Assembly: GCA_038851755.1 (NCBI GenBank) | Contig: JAWCKR010000011.1 | Coordinates: 1-41,492, forward strand | Direction of reading: 5' to 3' | Length of the DNA: 41,492 nt | Origin: Candidatus Hadarchaeales archaeon | Lineage (GTDB): Archaea; Hadarchaeota; Hadarchaeia; Hadarchaeales; WYZ-LMO6 | Shown here: piece after piece, positions 18,009 through 29,193 of the stretch | Numbering within the stretch: position 1 is the stretch's first letter | Layout: every line of letters begins with the position of its first letter | Made by a program: the position numbers and the translations under genes | Notes under the pieces: generated by a model | What the model saw: only the letters and a program-made list of their open reading frames with translations | Databases searched by the model: none | Told to the model about the DNA's origin: nothing

Positions 18009-19074
18009 CCTTCTCCCTCCTCTCCGTCCTCAGCCCCCTGGAGAGGAACCACTCCCTGGTCCTCCCCGTCACCACCAGCGGGACCTTCTTGAGCTCCCCC
18101 ACGCGCCTGCATCCCGTGAGGAACATGGCCACCCTGAGCTCCCGCAGGAATCCGTCCAGCCATCCCTCCAGCGCCCTCCTGCCCCTGGAGGCCGCCCTGA
18201 GGATGGGGAGGGCCACCCCCACCAGGTCAGCCCCCAGCGCCATGGCCTTGGCGGCGTCCAGACCCGAGCGTATTCCTCCGCTGGCTATCACTGGCACCCT
18301 GACCGCCCTGGACACCTCTGCCGTGCACACGGCCGTGGGGATGCCCCAGTCCCAGAAGGTGTGACCCAGCGAAGCCGAGTCTTGGTTCCTGAGGGCCTCC
18401 ACCCCTGCCCAGGAGGTCCCCCCCGCCCCGCTCACGTCTATGGCTGCCGCGCCCGCCTTCTCCAGCTTCCTGGCCACCGCACCGCTGATACCCGCCCCCG
18501 TCTCCTTGGCTATCACGGGCACCCGGACTCCGGCGCATATCCTCCCGAACCTGGCGAGGGCCCCCCTGTAGTCGGGCTTCCCCTCTTTCTGCACCACCTC
18601 CTGGAGGGGGTTCAGGTGAATGGAGAGAGCATCGGCCCCTATCATCTCCACCGCCTTCCTGGCCTCCTCCCCTTCCTCCCCGGAGAACTGGGAAATCCCG
18701 AGGTTGGCCACCAGGAAGACGCTGGGTGCCACGTCCCTCACCCGGTACGTGTCGGCCAGGTCCTTCCTCTCCAGCGCCGCCCTCTGGCTCCCCACCCCGA
18801 AGGCCAGCCCCCTCTCCTCGGCCACGGAAGCCAGCAGGCGGTTGAGCTTCCCCCCTTCCGCGTGTCCCCCGCTCATGGGCAGGATCAGCAGGGGTGCTTC
18901 GAGCTTCCTCCCCAGGAAGGTGGTTCTCAGCTCCACCTCCTCGGGGGAGAGTTCCGGGAGGGCCTGGTGGAGCAGGAAGACGTCCTCCAGGCCCGTGGTG
19001 TTCCAGATCATCTCCACGTTCTTCCTGAGGCAGATCTCCATGTGGGACCTCTTCCGTTCGCTGATGGACCCCGT
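18001..19074 (-). CDS. fni: Type 2 isopentenyl-diphosphate delta-isomerase
   Basis: [45 protein letters not shown]. The conserved RKxxH motif lies upstream of ATG 19041, so the start is placed at ACG 19074. Confidence 0.93.
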   Translation of the reverse strand, partial: TGSISERKRSHMEICLRKNVEMIWNTTGLEDVFLLHQALPELSPEEVELRTTFLGRKLEAPLLILPMSGGHAEGGKLNRLLASVAEERGLAFGVGSQRAALERKDLADTYRVRDVAPSVFLVANLGISQFSGEEGEEARKAVEMIGADALSIHLNPLQEVVQKEGKPDYRGALARFGRICAGVRVPVIAKETGAGISGAVARKLEKAGAAAIDVSGAGGTSWAGVEALRNQDSASLGHTFWDWGIPTAVCTAEVSRAVRVPVIASGGIRSGLDAAKAMALGADLVGVALPILRAASRGRRALEGWLDGFLRELRVAMFLTGCRRVGELKKVPLVVTGRTREWFLSRGLRTERREKGA

Positions 19075-19078
19075 GCCC

Positions 19079-19867
19079 TCACCTCCTTATCAGGGTGCCC
19101 AGGCTCCGGTCACCCTCGAGCGCCCTCCTGAGGACCCCCTCCTTGGAGGCGTTCACGATCTGCGCCTCTATCCCCCTCTCCGCCAGCCTCAGGAGCTCCA
19201 CGACCTTTCCCAGCATCCCCCCCGTGACATCCCATCCGGAGGAAGAGAAGGAGGGCCTCATCCTCTCCCACTCCCTGGGAGTGATGAGCTTTATGAGTTC
19301 GGCCCTGGGGTTCCTCCTCGGGTCCTCGGTGAAGACCCCATCCACGTCCACGCCCAGCACCACGCGCTGGGCCCTCAGGCGGAGGGCCAGGTGGGCGACG
19401 AGCTTGTCACCCGAGAGGATGTTGATACCCTGCTTGAGGTCCAGCACGGCATCGCCGTAGAGCACGGGGAGAAGGCCCAGCTCCACCATCCTCTCCACGG
19501 GTCCCAGCTCCATGACCTTCACCTCTCCCCCTTCCAGCAGGCAGCAGGCCGAGGGGGGGACGGGCACCGCCGGGATTCCCTCCCTTCCCAGCTCCTCCAG
19601 CACACAGAGGTTCAGGCGCTCCATCGCCCTCCTCACCTCCGCGAACCCCTGCAGCTGCTCGGGCCTCCTCAGCCCCCCGGTGATATCGTGGCGCTTGGCG
19701 AGGGGGTGGCCGAAGGAACCACCACCGTGGACCAGGACGAGTCCCCTCCTCCCCCTGAGCTCCCGGGCGAGCCTCCTGAGGGTTTTTCTCCTGACCGAGA
19801 ACTCCCTCTCCTTGTTCGTGATCACGCTTCCCCCCAGCTTCACCACCACCGGACGGGAGGGGCTCAG
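19079..19867 (-). CDS. ipk: Isopentenyl phosphate kinase
   Basis: [42 protein letters not shown]. Start is CTG 19867 or GTG 19849, not the ORF-track 20014. Confidence 0.92.
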   Translation of the reverse strand: MSPSRPVVVKLGGSVITNKEREFSVRRKTLRRLARELRGRRGLVLVHGGGSFGHPLAKRHDITGGLRRPEQLQGFAEVRRAMERLNLCVLEELGREGIPAVPVPPSACCLLEGGEVKVMELGPVERMVELGLLPVLYGDAVLDLKQGINILSGDKLVAHLALRLRAQRVVLGVDVDGVFTEDPRRNPRAELIKLITPREWERMRPSFSSSGWDVTGGMLGKVVELLRLAERGIEAQIVNASKEGVLRRALEGDRSLGTLIRR

Positions 19868-20703
19868 CCCGTCACGGCGAGAGATCCGTATCCGACCACC
19901 TCCGGCATCGGACCAGCCGTGTCCCCGCTCGTGGCGTACTTGAGCAGCTTCCCTTCCCTGGCCCCGAGCTCCGAGCAGGCGCGGAGCATGGCCGCCACCG
20001 GACCGTACCCGCACATCGTGATGTCCTCCTCCTCCACCGTGCGCAGGAGGCCCCTCCAGTCCAGGGCCTCTATCCTCCTCAGGGCCTTCTCATCCTTCTT
20101 CCTTGCCCTCTCCTGGGGCTCGTAGTGGGTGAAGTCGGTGGAGGCGATGACGACGGCCTTCCTCCCCTCCAGGGCCTCGGCCAGGGCCCTGCCCACCTGC
20201 TCGCTCGTTCTCTCGTCCTGGAGCATCATGCAGATGGCCACGAGCTTGAACCTGGAGCCGAAGAGGTGCTGCAGGAAGGGGAGCTGGACCTCGATAGAGT
20301 GTTCGTACTGATGGGCCAGCTCGTCCAGATCGATCAGCTCGCACTCCTCGGCTATCGAGCGGGAGAGTTCTCCGTCCACCTCCACCTCCCCCAGAGGGGT
20401 CCTCCAGGCCCGGTGGGGGGAGAGCGAGACCCCGGAACCCATTCCCGTGTGGTTGGGGCCCAGCACCACCACCGTCTCAGGGGGGGAGGAGGCCAGGAGG
20501 GCGTAGCCGTGGGCCGCCACGGGGCCCGAGTACATGTAGCCGGCGTGGGGTGAGACCAACCCCAGTACCTTCTTCCCCTTCCTTCCAGGGGTGGGCAGCC
20601 CTCCGGGACCGTGGGGGTGGGTGTAGCACCACTCTATCCTGGAGAGGAGGGAGCCCCTCTCCCCTTCATAGAAGCTTCCGGCTACCGCCGGGAGACGTAT
20701 CAC
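19864..20703 (-). CDS. MEMO1 family protein (AmmeMemoRadiSam protein B)
   Basis: PAVAGSFY, PHAGYMYSG, GPNHTG, EHSIEVQLPFLQ, ASTDFTHY, TMCGYGP. Confidence 0.93.
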   Translation of the reverse strand: MIRLPAVAGSFYEGERGSLLSRIEWCYTHPHGPGGLPTPGRKGKKVLGLVSPHAGYMYSGPVAAHGYALLASSPPETVVVLGPNHTGMGSGVSLSPHRAWRTPLGEVEVDGELSRSIAEECELIDLDELAHQYEHSIEVQLPFLQHLFGSRFKLVAICMMLQDERTSEQVGRALAEALEGRKAVVIASTDFTHYEPQERARKKDEKALRRIEALDWRGLLRTVEEEDITMCGYGPVAAMLRACSELGAREGKLLKYATSGDTAGPMPEVVGYGSLAVTG

Positions 20704-21344
20704 TCGGGGACCTCCCTGGGCTTGCTCTCAAAGTCCTCCAGCGGAACCGAGAAGGGAGCGTCAGGTGCCAGCTCACCCCTTTCCCTCAAAACCTGTCGGG
20801 CCAGGAGCCAGTAGACCAGGGCCAGGGCCTTCTTCCCCTTGTTGTTGGTGGGGATGACCAGGTCTATGTCGGCCGTTTCGTTGTCGGTGTCGCAGAGTCC
20901 TATCACGGGTATGCCCATCTTGGAGGCCTCGGCGAGGGGCTGGGAGTCCGCCATGGGATCCGTGAGGAGCAGGAGGGAGAACTCGGAGTATCCGGGGTAG
21001 GAGGGGTTGGTGAGGGTCCCCGGGATGAACCTCCCCACCATGGGCTTGGCGCCCACCACCTCGCAGAACTTCAGGACGGGCTGTTGACCGTATTGCCTGG
21101 CCGAGACCACCAGGATGCGCTCCGGCTTCTCCCTGGCGATCATCTTGGCGGCCACCCTGATTTTGGCGTCCGTCTTCCTCACATCCAGGATGTAGATCCG
21201 GTCGGGGCGAACCCTGTAGATGTAGGGACCCATCGATCCCGTTTTCTGCCTGGTCCCTATGTGGACCCCGCAGGCCAGGTAGGTGTCCTGCTCCACCAGC
21301 AGCTCGGTTCCGGCCAGCTCCCCAATGGGTTCACTCTCGCTCAT
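20700..21344 (-). CDS. rps2: 30S ribosomal protein S2
   Basis: YLACGVHIGT, GRFIPGTLTNP, DLVIPTNNKG. Confidence 0.97.
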   Translation of the reverse strand: MSESEPIGELAGTELLVEQDTYLACGVHIGTRQKTGSMGPYIYRVRPDRIYILDVRKTDAKIRVAAKMIAREKPERILVVSARQYGQQPVLKFCEVVGAKPMVGRFIPGTLTNPSYPGYSEFSLLLLTDPMADSQPLAEASKMGIPVIGLCDTDNETADIDLVIPTNNKGKKALALVYWLLARQVLRERGELAPDAPFSVPLEDFESKPREVPE

Positions 21345-21374
21345 CCCTTTTCCTCGGTGGCTTTGGGTTAAAAG

Positions 21375-22616
21375 TTATCCGCCCGCGAGCCTCAGCTTCG
21401 CCGTCCTTGCCCCCAGTTCTTCCTCCAGGCGGATGAGTTCGTTGAGCTTGGCAGTTCTCTCACCCCCCACCGCCCCCGTCTTGATGAGGGGACACCCACC
21501 CCCCACCGCGAGATGGGAGATGGTTTCGTCCGTGGTCTCCCCCGAGCGGTGGGAGACCACGGGAAACAGCTTCTTCCCGCGCGCCAGCCGGATGGCGTCC
21601 AGGGCCCCGCTGAGGGTGCCCACCTGGTTGGGTTTGATCAGCACGGCGTTCGCGGACTTCTCCCTCATCCCCCTCCTTATCCTTTCCACGTTCGTGACGA
21701 AGAGGTCGTCCCCGCAGACCACGCATCTCCTCCCCACCCTCCGGAGCAGCTCGGAGAAACCCCGAAAGTCCTCCTCGTGAAGGGGGTCCTCCAGGTAGAG
21801 GAGGTCGTAGGTCTCCACCAGTTCTACCATGAGCTCCAGCTGTTCTTCCTCCGTGAGCCTTCTCCCCTCCCTGGCGTACACGTACCTCTCCGCCTCGGGG
21901 TCGTAGAGGCTGCTGGCCGCCGCGTCCAGACCCATCCTGACCTCCACCCCCGTTTCCCGGCCCACCTCCTCGCAGGCCCTCCTCACCACCTCCAGGGACT
22001 CCTCGCTTCTCAGCGGGGAGATCCAGGCGCCCTCGTCACCCCTTCCACCCGCGAACCTCCCTCCCCTCTCCCTCAGGAGCTCCCCCACCCTCCGGTGCAC
22101 CCTGGCGTTGGTCAGGGCGGCTTCCAGGAAGCTCCCCGCTCCCGTGGGGACCACCAAGAGCTCCTGCAGGTCCGTCCCTCCCCCGCCCGCGTGCGCCCCG
22201 CCCCCCAGCACGTTCCCCAGGGGGAGGGGCAGGACGGAGCCCTTCCCCAGCAGGCGGTGGAGGGGAAGGTTCTTGGCGGAGGCCTCGGCCTTGGCCACGG
22301 CGAAGGAGAGGGCCACGGCCAGGTTGCCCCCTATCCGCGAGAAGTTGGGGGTGCCGTCCACCTCCCTGAGGAAGGCGTCCACCTCCCTGAAGTCGAGTTC
22401 CATGCCCACGAGCCTCGGGGAGAGCTCCTTCTTCAGAAGGGTGAGAGAGGCATCCACCCCGCCAGGCGGGAAGGCCACCGCCTCGTGCTTGCCCCTGCTC
22501 TTGCCGCTGGGTGCGGATCCCCTCCCGAAGCCCCTTCCACCCCTCACCTCCACCTCCACCGTGGGCTCGCCCCTGCTGTCCAGGATCTTCCTCCCCCTCA
22601 CCTCTTCGATCCTCAT
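21375..22616 (-). CDS. eno: Enolase
   Basis: ILDSRGEPTVEVEV, GDEG, EDP, GDDLFVTN, IKPNQVGT, SHRSGET. ATG 22616 overlaps the upstream TGA (ATGA). Confidence 0.95.
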   Translation of the reverse strand: MRIEEVRGRKILDSRGEPTVEVEVRGGRGFGRGSAPSGKSRGKHEAVAFPPGGVDASLTLLKKELSPRLVGMELDFREVDAFLREVDGTPNFSRIGGNLAVALSFAVAKAEASAKNLPLHRLLGKGSVLPLPLGNVLGGGAHAGGGGTDLQELLVVPTGAGSFLEAALTNARVHRRVGELLRERGGRFAGGRGDEGAWISPLRSEESLEVVRRACEEVGRETGVEVRMGLDAAASSLYDPEAERYVYAREGRRLTEEEQLELMVELVETYDLLYLEDPLHEEDFRGFSELLRRVGRRCVVCGDDLFVTNVERIRRGMREKSANAVLIKPNQVGTLSGALDAIRLARGKKLFPVVSHRSGETTDETISHLAVGGGCPLIKTGAVGGERTAKLNELIRLEEELGARTAKLRLAGG

Positions 22617-24016
22617 TTTCCCCCCCTGGAGAGGACGGGCTGGGGGAGGCATCGCTCCACCTCCCTCACGAAGTCCTCCATCCTGTCCTTGGGGATGTAG
22701 GCTGCTCCGGAGACATCGTGCCCCCCTCCCTCCCCGCCCACCATCCTTGCTGCCTCGTTCATCACCCTCCCTATGTTGATTCCCAGGGAAGTGAGGTAGA
22801 AGGTGGCCCTCCCGGAGACCTTCACCTCGCCCTCCCCGCTTTCGGCGAACCCTATCAGGGGACGGTCTCCCTCCACGAGCCTGGACTCCAGCGCCAGGGA
22901 GAGCATCTCCCCCATCTCAGAGGAGGGCACCTCCCTTCCCACCCTCACGTATCTGGCCTTGGGGGTGACTTCGAAGGAGGGAAGGTTCTTGGAGAACCAG
23001 GCCATGTTCTCCAGCATCCTCCGCTGGTATCCCTGGAGCAGGAGGAGGCACTCCTCCCTCGCCTCCTCGTCACCAAGGTTGGCGGCGAAGCCTATCTCTG
23101 GCCTCTTGTAGGTGTCGCTGGCGTCCAGGGCCACGGCCCACTTCCTGAGGTTGGGGAGGGATCTGTCCTTCAGGTAGTAGACGGTGCCCCACAGCGCCCC
23201 CCTCATCTCCTCCCCGAACCCCAGCCTCTCCAGCAGGGCCTCACAGAGCCTCCTCTCACCCTCCTCCCCCAGGTCCTCCACGGAGGAGGAAGGAGGTATT
23301 CCCAGCTTCTCAGGTATTTCGGCCGAGGCCACGGAGTTTCCCGAGATCCCGGGGAGGTAGGGGCGGACGGAGATCCTGAGGCACTCCGAGGCCGGGACCC
23401 CCTCCCTGTCCAGCAGCTTTATTCCTTCCTTCTTCTCCACCACACCCTCTTCCAGGGCCCTGCGGAGGAGGAGGGCGTTGACCCCCGTGAAGCCCTCGGG
23501 CAACTCCTGCCGGTCCCCCAGCGCCCCCACCAGGGCCAGCCAGACCTCCTTCCTCAGCCTCCTCTCCATCTTCTCCACCACGCTGTAGACCACGGTGGAG
23601 GCGCAGGCTTCCTTGGCCCCGTTTAGCCCCATCAGGTGGGGATTCAGGCAGAGCAGGCGGGGGTCCTGCGTGGGTTGTCCTGGATGGTGGTCCAGGATCA
23701 GCACCTCGTGTCCCCTGTTCGTCACCGCCCTCTCGAGGGTGGGGATCTCCCTGCTTCCCTGGTCGAGGAAGATGAAGAACCTCTCCCCCTCGCTTTTGCC
23801 CAGCTCCACCATCTCCTTGGAGCCGTAAGGGCGGGTGAACTTTATCCTGAAGGGGAGACCGCGCAGGTGGAGGTACATAGCGAAGAGACTGGAGGCAGAA
23901 ATCCCATCGGCGTCGGCGTGGGTGAAGATGTCCACCGTTTTTCCCTCCAGCTTCTCCCGGAGGATGGAGGCGACTTCGCCCGCTTTTTTCTCGAAGGCAG
24001 CCACCTCCTCCCTCAA
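22613..24016 (-). CDS. DHH/DHHA1 family phosphoesterase (RecJ/GAN-like)
   Basis: HADADG, FLDQGS, LDHH, GALGD, GGGHDVSGAA; lies directly downstream of rps15 as in other archaea. Confidence 0.9.
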   Translation of the reverse strand: MREEVAAFEKKAGEVASILREKLEGKTVDIFTHADADGISASSLFAMYLHLRGLPFRIKFTRPYGSKEMVELGKSEGERFFIFLDQGSREIPTLERAVTNRGHEVLILDHHPGQPTQDPRLLCLNPHLMGLNGAKEACASTVVYSVVEKMERRLRKEVWLALVGALGDRQELPEGFTGVNALLLRRALEEGVVEKKEGIKLLDREGVPASECLRISVRPYLPGISGNSVASAEIPEKLGIPPSSSVEDLGEEGERRLCEALLERLGFGEEMRGALWGTVYYLKDRSLPNLRKWAVALDASDTYKRPEIGFAANLGDEEAREECLLLLQGYQRRMLENMAWFSKNLPSFEVTPKARYVRVGREVPSSEMGEMLSLALESRLVEGDRPLIGFAESGEGEVKVSGRATFYLTSLGINIGRVMNEAARMVGGEGGGHDVSGAAYIPKDRMEDFVREVERCLPQPVLSRGGK

Positions 24017-24025
24017 AGGCTCACC

Positions 24026-24403
24026 TCACCTGACGAGCAGAGCGGCCTTCTCCCTTTCGTACCTCCAGTCCCTGGGGAGCCTTCCCACCTTCACGTAGTA
24101 GCGGGAGAGCTTCCTTATCCTCTGCTCCGTGATCTCCAGGGAGCGGAGGGAAACCTTGTCCTTTCTGTTCTTCTCCAGGTGCCTCTGAAGGCGCAGGGCC
24201 CTCCTCACCAGGTTGGCCAGGTCCTCCGGCAGGGGTTTCTTCACCCCCCTTTCCTCCAGGATCTTGGAAACGCTCTTCCCGGTGGCCTTCTTGACGGAGC
24301 CCACCCCGTGGAGGTCCCTCAGGAGGATGCCTATCCTGCTGGGAGGATGGCCCTCCCTGGCCAGCTTCACCACCAGTTCCTCCACCTCCTTTCCTTCCGT
24401 CAT
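24026..24403 (-). CDS. rps15: 30S ribosomal protein uS15 (short N-terminus)
   Basis: EVEELVVKLAREG..PSRIGILLRD, LPEDLANL, HLEKNRKD, LPRDWRY. Confidence 0.92.
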   Translation of the reverse strand: MTEGKEVEELVVKLAREGHPPSRIGILLRDLHGVGSVKKATGKSVSKILEERGVKKPLPEDLANLVRRALRLQRHLEKNRKDKVSLRSLEITEQRIRKLSRYYVKVGRLPRDWRYEREKAALLVR

Positions 24404-24414
24404 GCCATCACCGG

Positions 24415-24981
24415 TTATTCCTCCTTATGAAGAAGATACCACCTAAAGAACCCTTCTATTGCCCTTCCACGGTGGGAGAGGGCGTTCTTCTCCTCCACCG
24501 ACATCTCGGCGAAGGTCCTCCCGTCCCCCTCGTCCGGTATGAAGATGGGGTCGAAGCCGAAGCCCCCCGTTCCCCTCTCCTCGCTCGAGATCCTCCCCTC
24601 CGCCTTTCCCTCGAAGGTGAGGGGTTTCCCGTCCCTCCCGCAGTATCCCACGCAGGAGCGGAAGACCGCCCTCCTGTCCTCCACCCCCTCCATGAGCTTC
24701 AGCACCCCCCTGTTCCCTATGGTGAGGAAGACGTACTTGGAGTAAGGACCTGGAAAGCCCCTGAGGGAGGAAATGAAGAGCCCGGAGTCCTCCACGAAGC
24801 AGGGGGCCTTCAGGATCCCGAAGGCCTGCTGCACCCCCACCTTGGCTATGTCGGAGAGGTCGTCCGCCTGGATCTCCAGATAGGGGATCCTGCTGTGCCG
24901 GAGTTCCACCCCGAGCTTGGCCGCTAGGGCGCTCGCCTCCCTGAACTTCCCCTCATTTCCCGTCACGAAGAAGAGCACCAC
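24415..24981 (-). CDS. rdgB: Non-canonical purine NTP pyrophosphatase (Ham1/RdgB)
   Basis: TGNEGK, EDSGL, FPGPYS, GFGFDPIF, KNALSHR. Confidence 0.95.
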   Translation of the reverse strand: MVLFFVTGNEGKFREASALAAKLGVELRHSRIPYLEIQADDLSDIAKVGVQQAFGILKAPCFVEDSGLFISSLRGFPGPYSKYVFLTIGNRGVLKLMEGVEDRRAVFRSCVGYCGRDGKPLTFEGKAEGRISSEERGTGGFGFDPIFIPDEGDGRTFAEMSVEEKNALSHRGRAIEGFFRWYLLHKEE

Positions 24982-25633
24982 GCTCCTCCCTCCCGATGTA
25001 TCTCCCCCTCCTGCCTATCTCCTCCGCCCTCGCCAGCACCTCCCTACCCCCCTTCCCGAACTCCCTCAGGTAGGCGGAGCAGATCTCCCTGTAGGCCTCT
25101 TCCGCCACCCGGAAGTGAACGCTCTGGAGGGCCCTCCTGAGCAGGTGGAGGTCCACCCCCCTGGCCTCTAGGGAGGAGGTGTATTCGCCCAGTCCAAAGT
25201 CCACCAGGTAGAGCTCACCCTTTGGGGTGAGCAGGAGGTTGGAGGTGGTGAGGTCCCCGTGAACCAGACCCCTGCGGTGGAGACGGGCCACGTACCTGCC
25301 TATCCTCCTGCAGATTCTCTTCCTCTCTTCCTTCCCCATTCCTTCCAGAACCTCCTTCAGGGGCTTGCCCTCCACGTACTCCATCACCACCCTCATGTTC
25401 TCCCTGTCCACCTCGTAGACCGGAGGGGTGGGGACGCCGGCCCTTTTGGCGTCGAAGAGGAGCTTGGCCTCCAGGGAGGTCCTGGCCTCCCGGAGGGAGA
25501 GGTCCAGCTCCCTGATCCTGTACCGCTTGGGCACCCTGTGCTTCACCACCACCCTTCCCTCCCCGAAGGGGTGGAGGACCCCGGGGAAGGTTTCCAGGTG
25601 AAGCTCGGCCTCGGCACCCCTCTTCAGCAGCAT
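24953..25633 (-). CDS. bud32: KEOPS kinase Bud32
   Basis: GAEA, R..KRYR, HGDLTTSN, DFGL, RGRY; adjacent to kae1. Confidence 0.93.
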   Translation of the reverse strand: MLLKRGAEAELHLETFPGVLHPFGEGRVVVKHRVPKRYRIRELDLSLREARTSLEAKLLFDAKRAGVPTPPVYEVDRENMRVVMEYVEGKPLKEVLEGMGKEERKRICRRIGRYVARLHRRGLVHGDLTTSNLLLTPKGELYLVDFGLGEYTSSLEARGVDLHLLRRALQSVHFRVAEEAYREICSAYLREFGKGGREVLARAEEIGRRGRYIGREERGALLRDGK

Positions 25634-25658
25634 ACGACCTTAATGAGAGGGGTCGGTT

Positions 25659-26651
<993 letters not shown>

Positions 26652-26720
26652 TTACTGGAAGGGGGGAGATTTTAGGAGGAGGGATGAAGGTCTTAATACG
26701 CTCTCTCCCCGAGTCAATCG

Positions 26721-27572
26721 ATGGCGGTCTTCGACAGGAAGGCGGAGCCTCACACTCCCCCCCTCCTCAGGGAGCTGGAGGAGAAGGCCAGGGCCATCCG
26801 CAGGGACTCCCTGATCATGACCACCGAGGCCGGCTCCGGCCATCCGGGGGGCTCCCTCTCCTGCGCCGACCTCCTCTCCGTCCTCTACTTCCACCACCTC
26901 CGCTACGATCCCTCGAACCCGGGATGGGAGGGAAGGGACAGGTTCATCCTCTCGAAGGGGCACGCCTGTCCCGCCCTCTACTCCGCCCTCTCCCTCGCAG
27001 GTTTCTTCCCCCGGGAGTGGCTGCGCACGCTCAGGAGGCTGGGCAGTCCCCTGCAGGGGCATCCCGACTCCACCTCCACGCCCGGAGTGGAGGCCTCCAC
27101 GGGCTCCCTGGGCCAGGGCCTCTCCATAGGGTGCGGCATGGCCCTGGCGGGGAGGCTGGACCGGAGGGATTACAGGGTGTACGTGCTCATGGGAGACGGG
27201 GAGCTGGACGAGGGGCAGGTCTGGGAGGCCGCCATGTTCGCCGCCCACCAGAGACTGGACAACCTGGTGGGGATAGTGGACAGGAACCGTATCCAGCTCG
27301 ACGGTTTCACGGAGGAGATCGTGGGGCTGGAGCCCCTGGCGGAGAAGTGGAGGGCCTTCGGATGGAACGTGGTGGAGGTGGACGGGCATGACCTCAGGCA
27401 GGTGGCGGAGGCCCTCGACGGCGCGGAGGGGGTGAAGGGAAAGCCCACGGTGCTTCTGGCGAGGACGGTGAAGGGGAAGGGCGTTTCGTTCATGGAGAAC
27501 CAGGTGAAGTACCACGGTACCCCCCTCACCAGGGAGGAGCTGGAGAGGGCGCTGGAGGAGCTGGGAGGATGA
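26721..27572 (+). CDS. Transketolase, N-terminal subunit
   Basis: GSGHPGGSLS, DRFILSKGHA, LQGHP, TGSLGQG, TPP motif GDGELDEG...N. TTAATA TATA-like element at 26693..26698. Confidence 0.93.
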   Translation: MAVFDRKAEPHTPPLLRELEEKARAIRRDSLIMTTEAGSGHPGGSLSCADLLSVLYFHHLRYDPSNPGWEGRDRFILSKGHACPALYSALSLAGFFPREWLRTLRRLGSPLQGHPDSTSTPGVEASTGSLGQGLSIGCGMALAGRLDRRDYRVYVLMGDGELDEGQVWEAAMFAAHQRLDNLVGIVDRNRIQLDGFTEEIVGLEPLAEKWRAFGWNVVEVDGHDLRQVAEALDGAEGVKGKPTVLLARTVKGKGVSFMENQVKYHGTPLTREELERALEELGG

Positions 27573-28531
27573 GGCCCTCGGCTTCCATGAGGGAGGCCTA
27601 CGGCAGGACGCTGGCGGAGCTGGGGGAGGAGCACCCGGAGATCGTGGTGGTGGATGCGGACCTCTCCACCTCCACCCAGACCTCCCTCTTCGCGAAAAGG
27701 TTCCCGGACAGGTTCTTCAACGTGGGTGTGGCAGAGGCCAACCTGATGGGTGTGGCAGCGGGCCTGGCCTCCTGCGGCAAGCTCCCCTTCGTCAGTACCT
27801 TCTCGGTCTTCGCCACCGAGAAGGGACTGAGCCAGTTCAAGCAATCCATCGCCTACCCCAACCTCAACGTGAAGGTGGTGGTCACCCACGCCGGGCTCTC
27901 GGTGGGGGAGGACGGGGCCTCCCACTTCTGCCTGTGGGATCTGGCGGTGATGCGCTCCCTCCCCCGCACCACCGTGATCGTCCCGGCGGATGCGGTGGAG
28001 ACGGGGGAGGCGGTGAAGGCCCTCGTCCGCCACAGGGGACCGGCCTTCCTCAGGCTCCCGAGGGCCAAGACGGGGCTCGTCTACGGGGAGGGGTACACCT
28101 ACAGGGGGGAGAGGCTGGAGTTCAGGATAGGGGGGAGCGTGAGGCTGGAGGAGGGTGAGGATGCCACCATCCTGGCCACCGGTCCGCTGGTGGTGGAGGC
28201 GCTGGAGGCCTCCGAGGCCCTGAGGAAGGAGGGCCTGAGGGTAGGGGTCGTGGACGTGCACACGCTGAAGCCCCTGGACGAGAGGACCGTGCTGGAGGCC
28301 GCCTCCAGGACGGGTTACCTGGTCACGGCGGAGGACCACAGCGTCGTGGGAGGGCTGGGAGGGGCGGTGGCCGAGCTGCTGGCCGAGCGCAGGCCCACCC
28401 CGCTGAGGAGGGTGGGGGTGAGGGATGAGTTCGGGAAGTCCGGGTCCTGGAGGGAACTCTACGAGGCCTACGGCCTTACCTCCCGCCACCTCCAGCAGGC
28501 GGTGAGGGAGGTGAGGGGGATGGTCAGGTGA
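27569..28531 (+). CDS. Transketolase, C-terminal subunit
   Basis: DADLSTST, GVAEANLMG.AAG, GEDGASH, EDH..GGLG; ATGA overlap with the N-terminal subunit gene. Confidence 0.93.
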   Translation: MRPSASMREAYGRTLAELGEEHPEIVVVDADLSTSTQTSLFAKRFPDRFFNVGVAEANLMGVAAGLASCGKLPFVSTFSVFATEKGLSQFKQSIAYPNLNVKVVVTHAGLSVGEDGASHFCLWDLAVMRSLPRTTVIVPADAVETGEAVKALVRHRGPAFLRLPRAKTGLVYGEGYTYRGERLEFRIGGSVRLEEGEDATILATGPLVVEALEASEALRKEGLRVGVVDVHTLKPLDERTVLEAASRTGYLVTAEDHSVVGGLGGAVAELLAERRPTPLRRVGVRDEFGKSGSWRELYEAYGLTSRHLQQAVREVRGMVR

Positions 28532-29193
28532 GAATCAAGATAGCCCCCTCCCTCCTCTCGGCCGATTTCGGTAAGCTGGAGGAAGAAATAAAGGAGGTGG
28601 AGAGGGGAGGGGCAGACCTCCTCCACTGGGACGTGATGGACGGCCACTTCGTCCCCAACCTGACGGTGGGTCCCTCCGTGATCCGCTGCGTGAGGGAGAG
28701 GACCGACCTCCCCTTCAACGTCCATCTCATGATAGAGAGCCCGGAGAAGTACCTGAAGAGGTTCGTGGAGGCGGGCGGGGACATCGTGACGGTGCACGTG
28801 GAGACCTGTTCGAATCTCCGCCGCACCCTCTCCTCCCTGAGGAGGATGGGGGTGAAGGTGGGGGTGGCCCTGAACCCCGAGACTCCCCTTTCCTCCGTGG
28901 AGGGAGTGATGGAGGAGGTGGACCTCCTGCTGGTGATGACCGTTCACCCAGGCTTCGGGAGCCAGAAGTTCCTCAAGAGCACCCTCCCGAAGCTCAGGAG
29001 GGCCGGCAGACTGGTGAAGGAGAGGGGGCTCGGGCTGGACCTGGGAGTGGATGGGGGCATCTCCGTGGAGACGGTCCCCCCCGTGGTGAGGGCCGGGGCC
29101 AACCTGCTGGTGGCAGGCACCGCCATCTACGGGCAGAGGGACAGGGCGCTGGCCATCCGCAGGCTCAGGGAAGCCGCGTGTAGCACCGAATGA
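28528..29193 (+). CDS. rpe: Ribulose-phosphate 3-epimerase
   Basis: APSLLSADF, HWDVMDGHFVPNLT, VHLMI, MTVHPGFG, VDGGI. Confidence 0.96.
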   Translation: MRIKIAPSLLSADFGKLEEEIKEVERGGADLLHWDVMDGHFVPNLTVGPSVIRCVRERTDLPFNVHLMIESPEKYLKRFVEAGGDIVTVHVETCSNLRRTLSSLRRMGVKVGVALNPETPLSSVEGVMEEVDLLLVMTVHPGFGSQKFLKSTLPKLRRAGRLVKERGLGLDLGVDGGISVETVPPVVRAGANLLVAGTAIYGQRDRALAIRRLREAACSTE

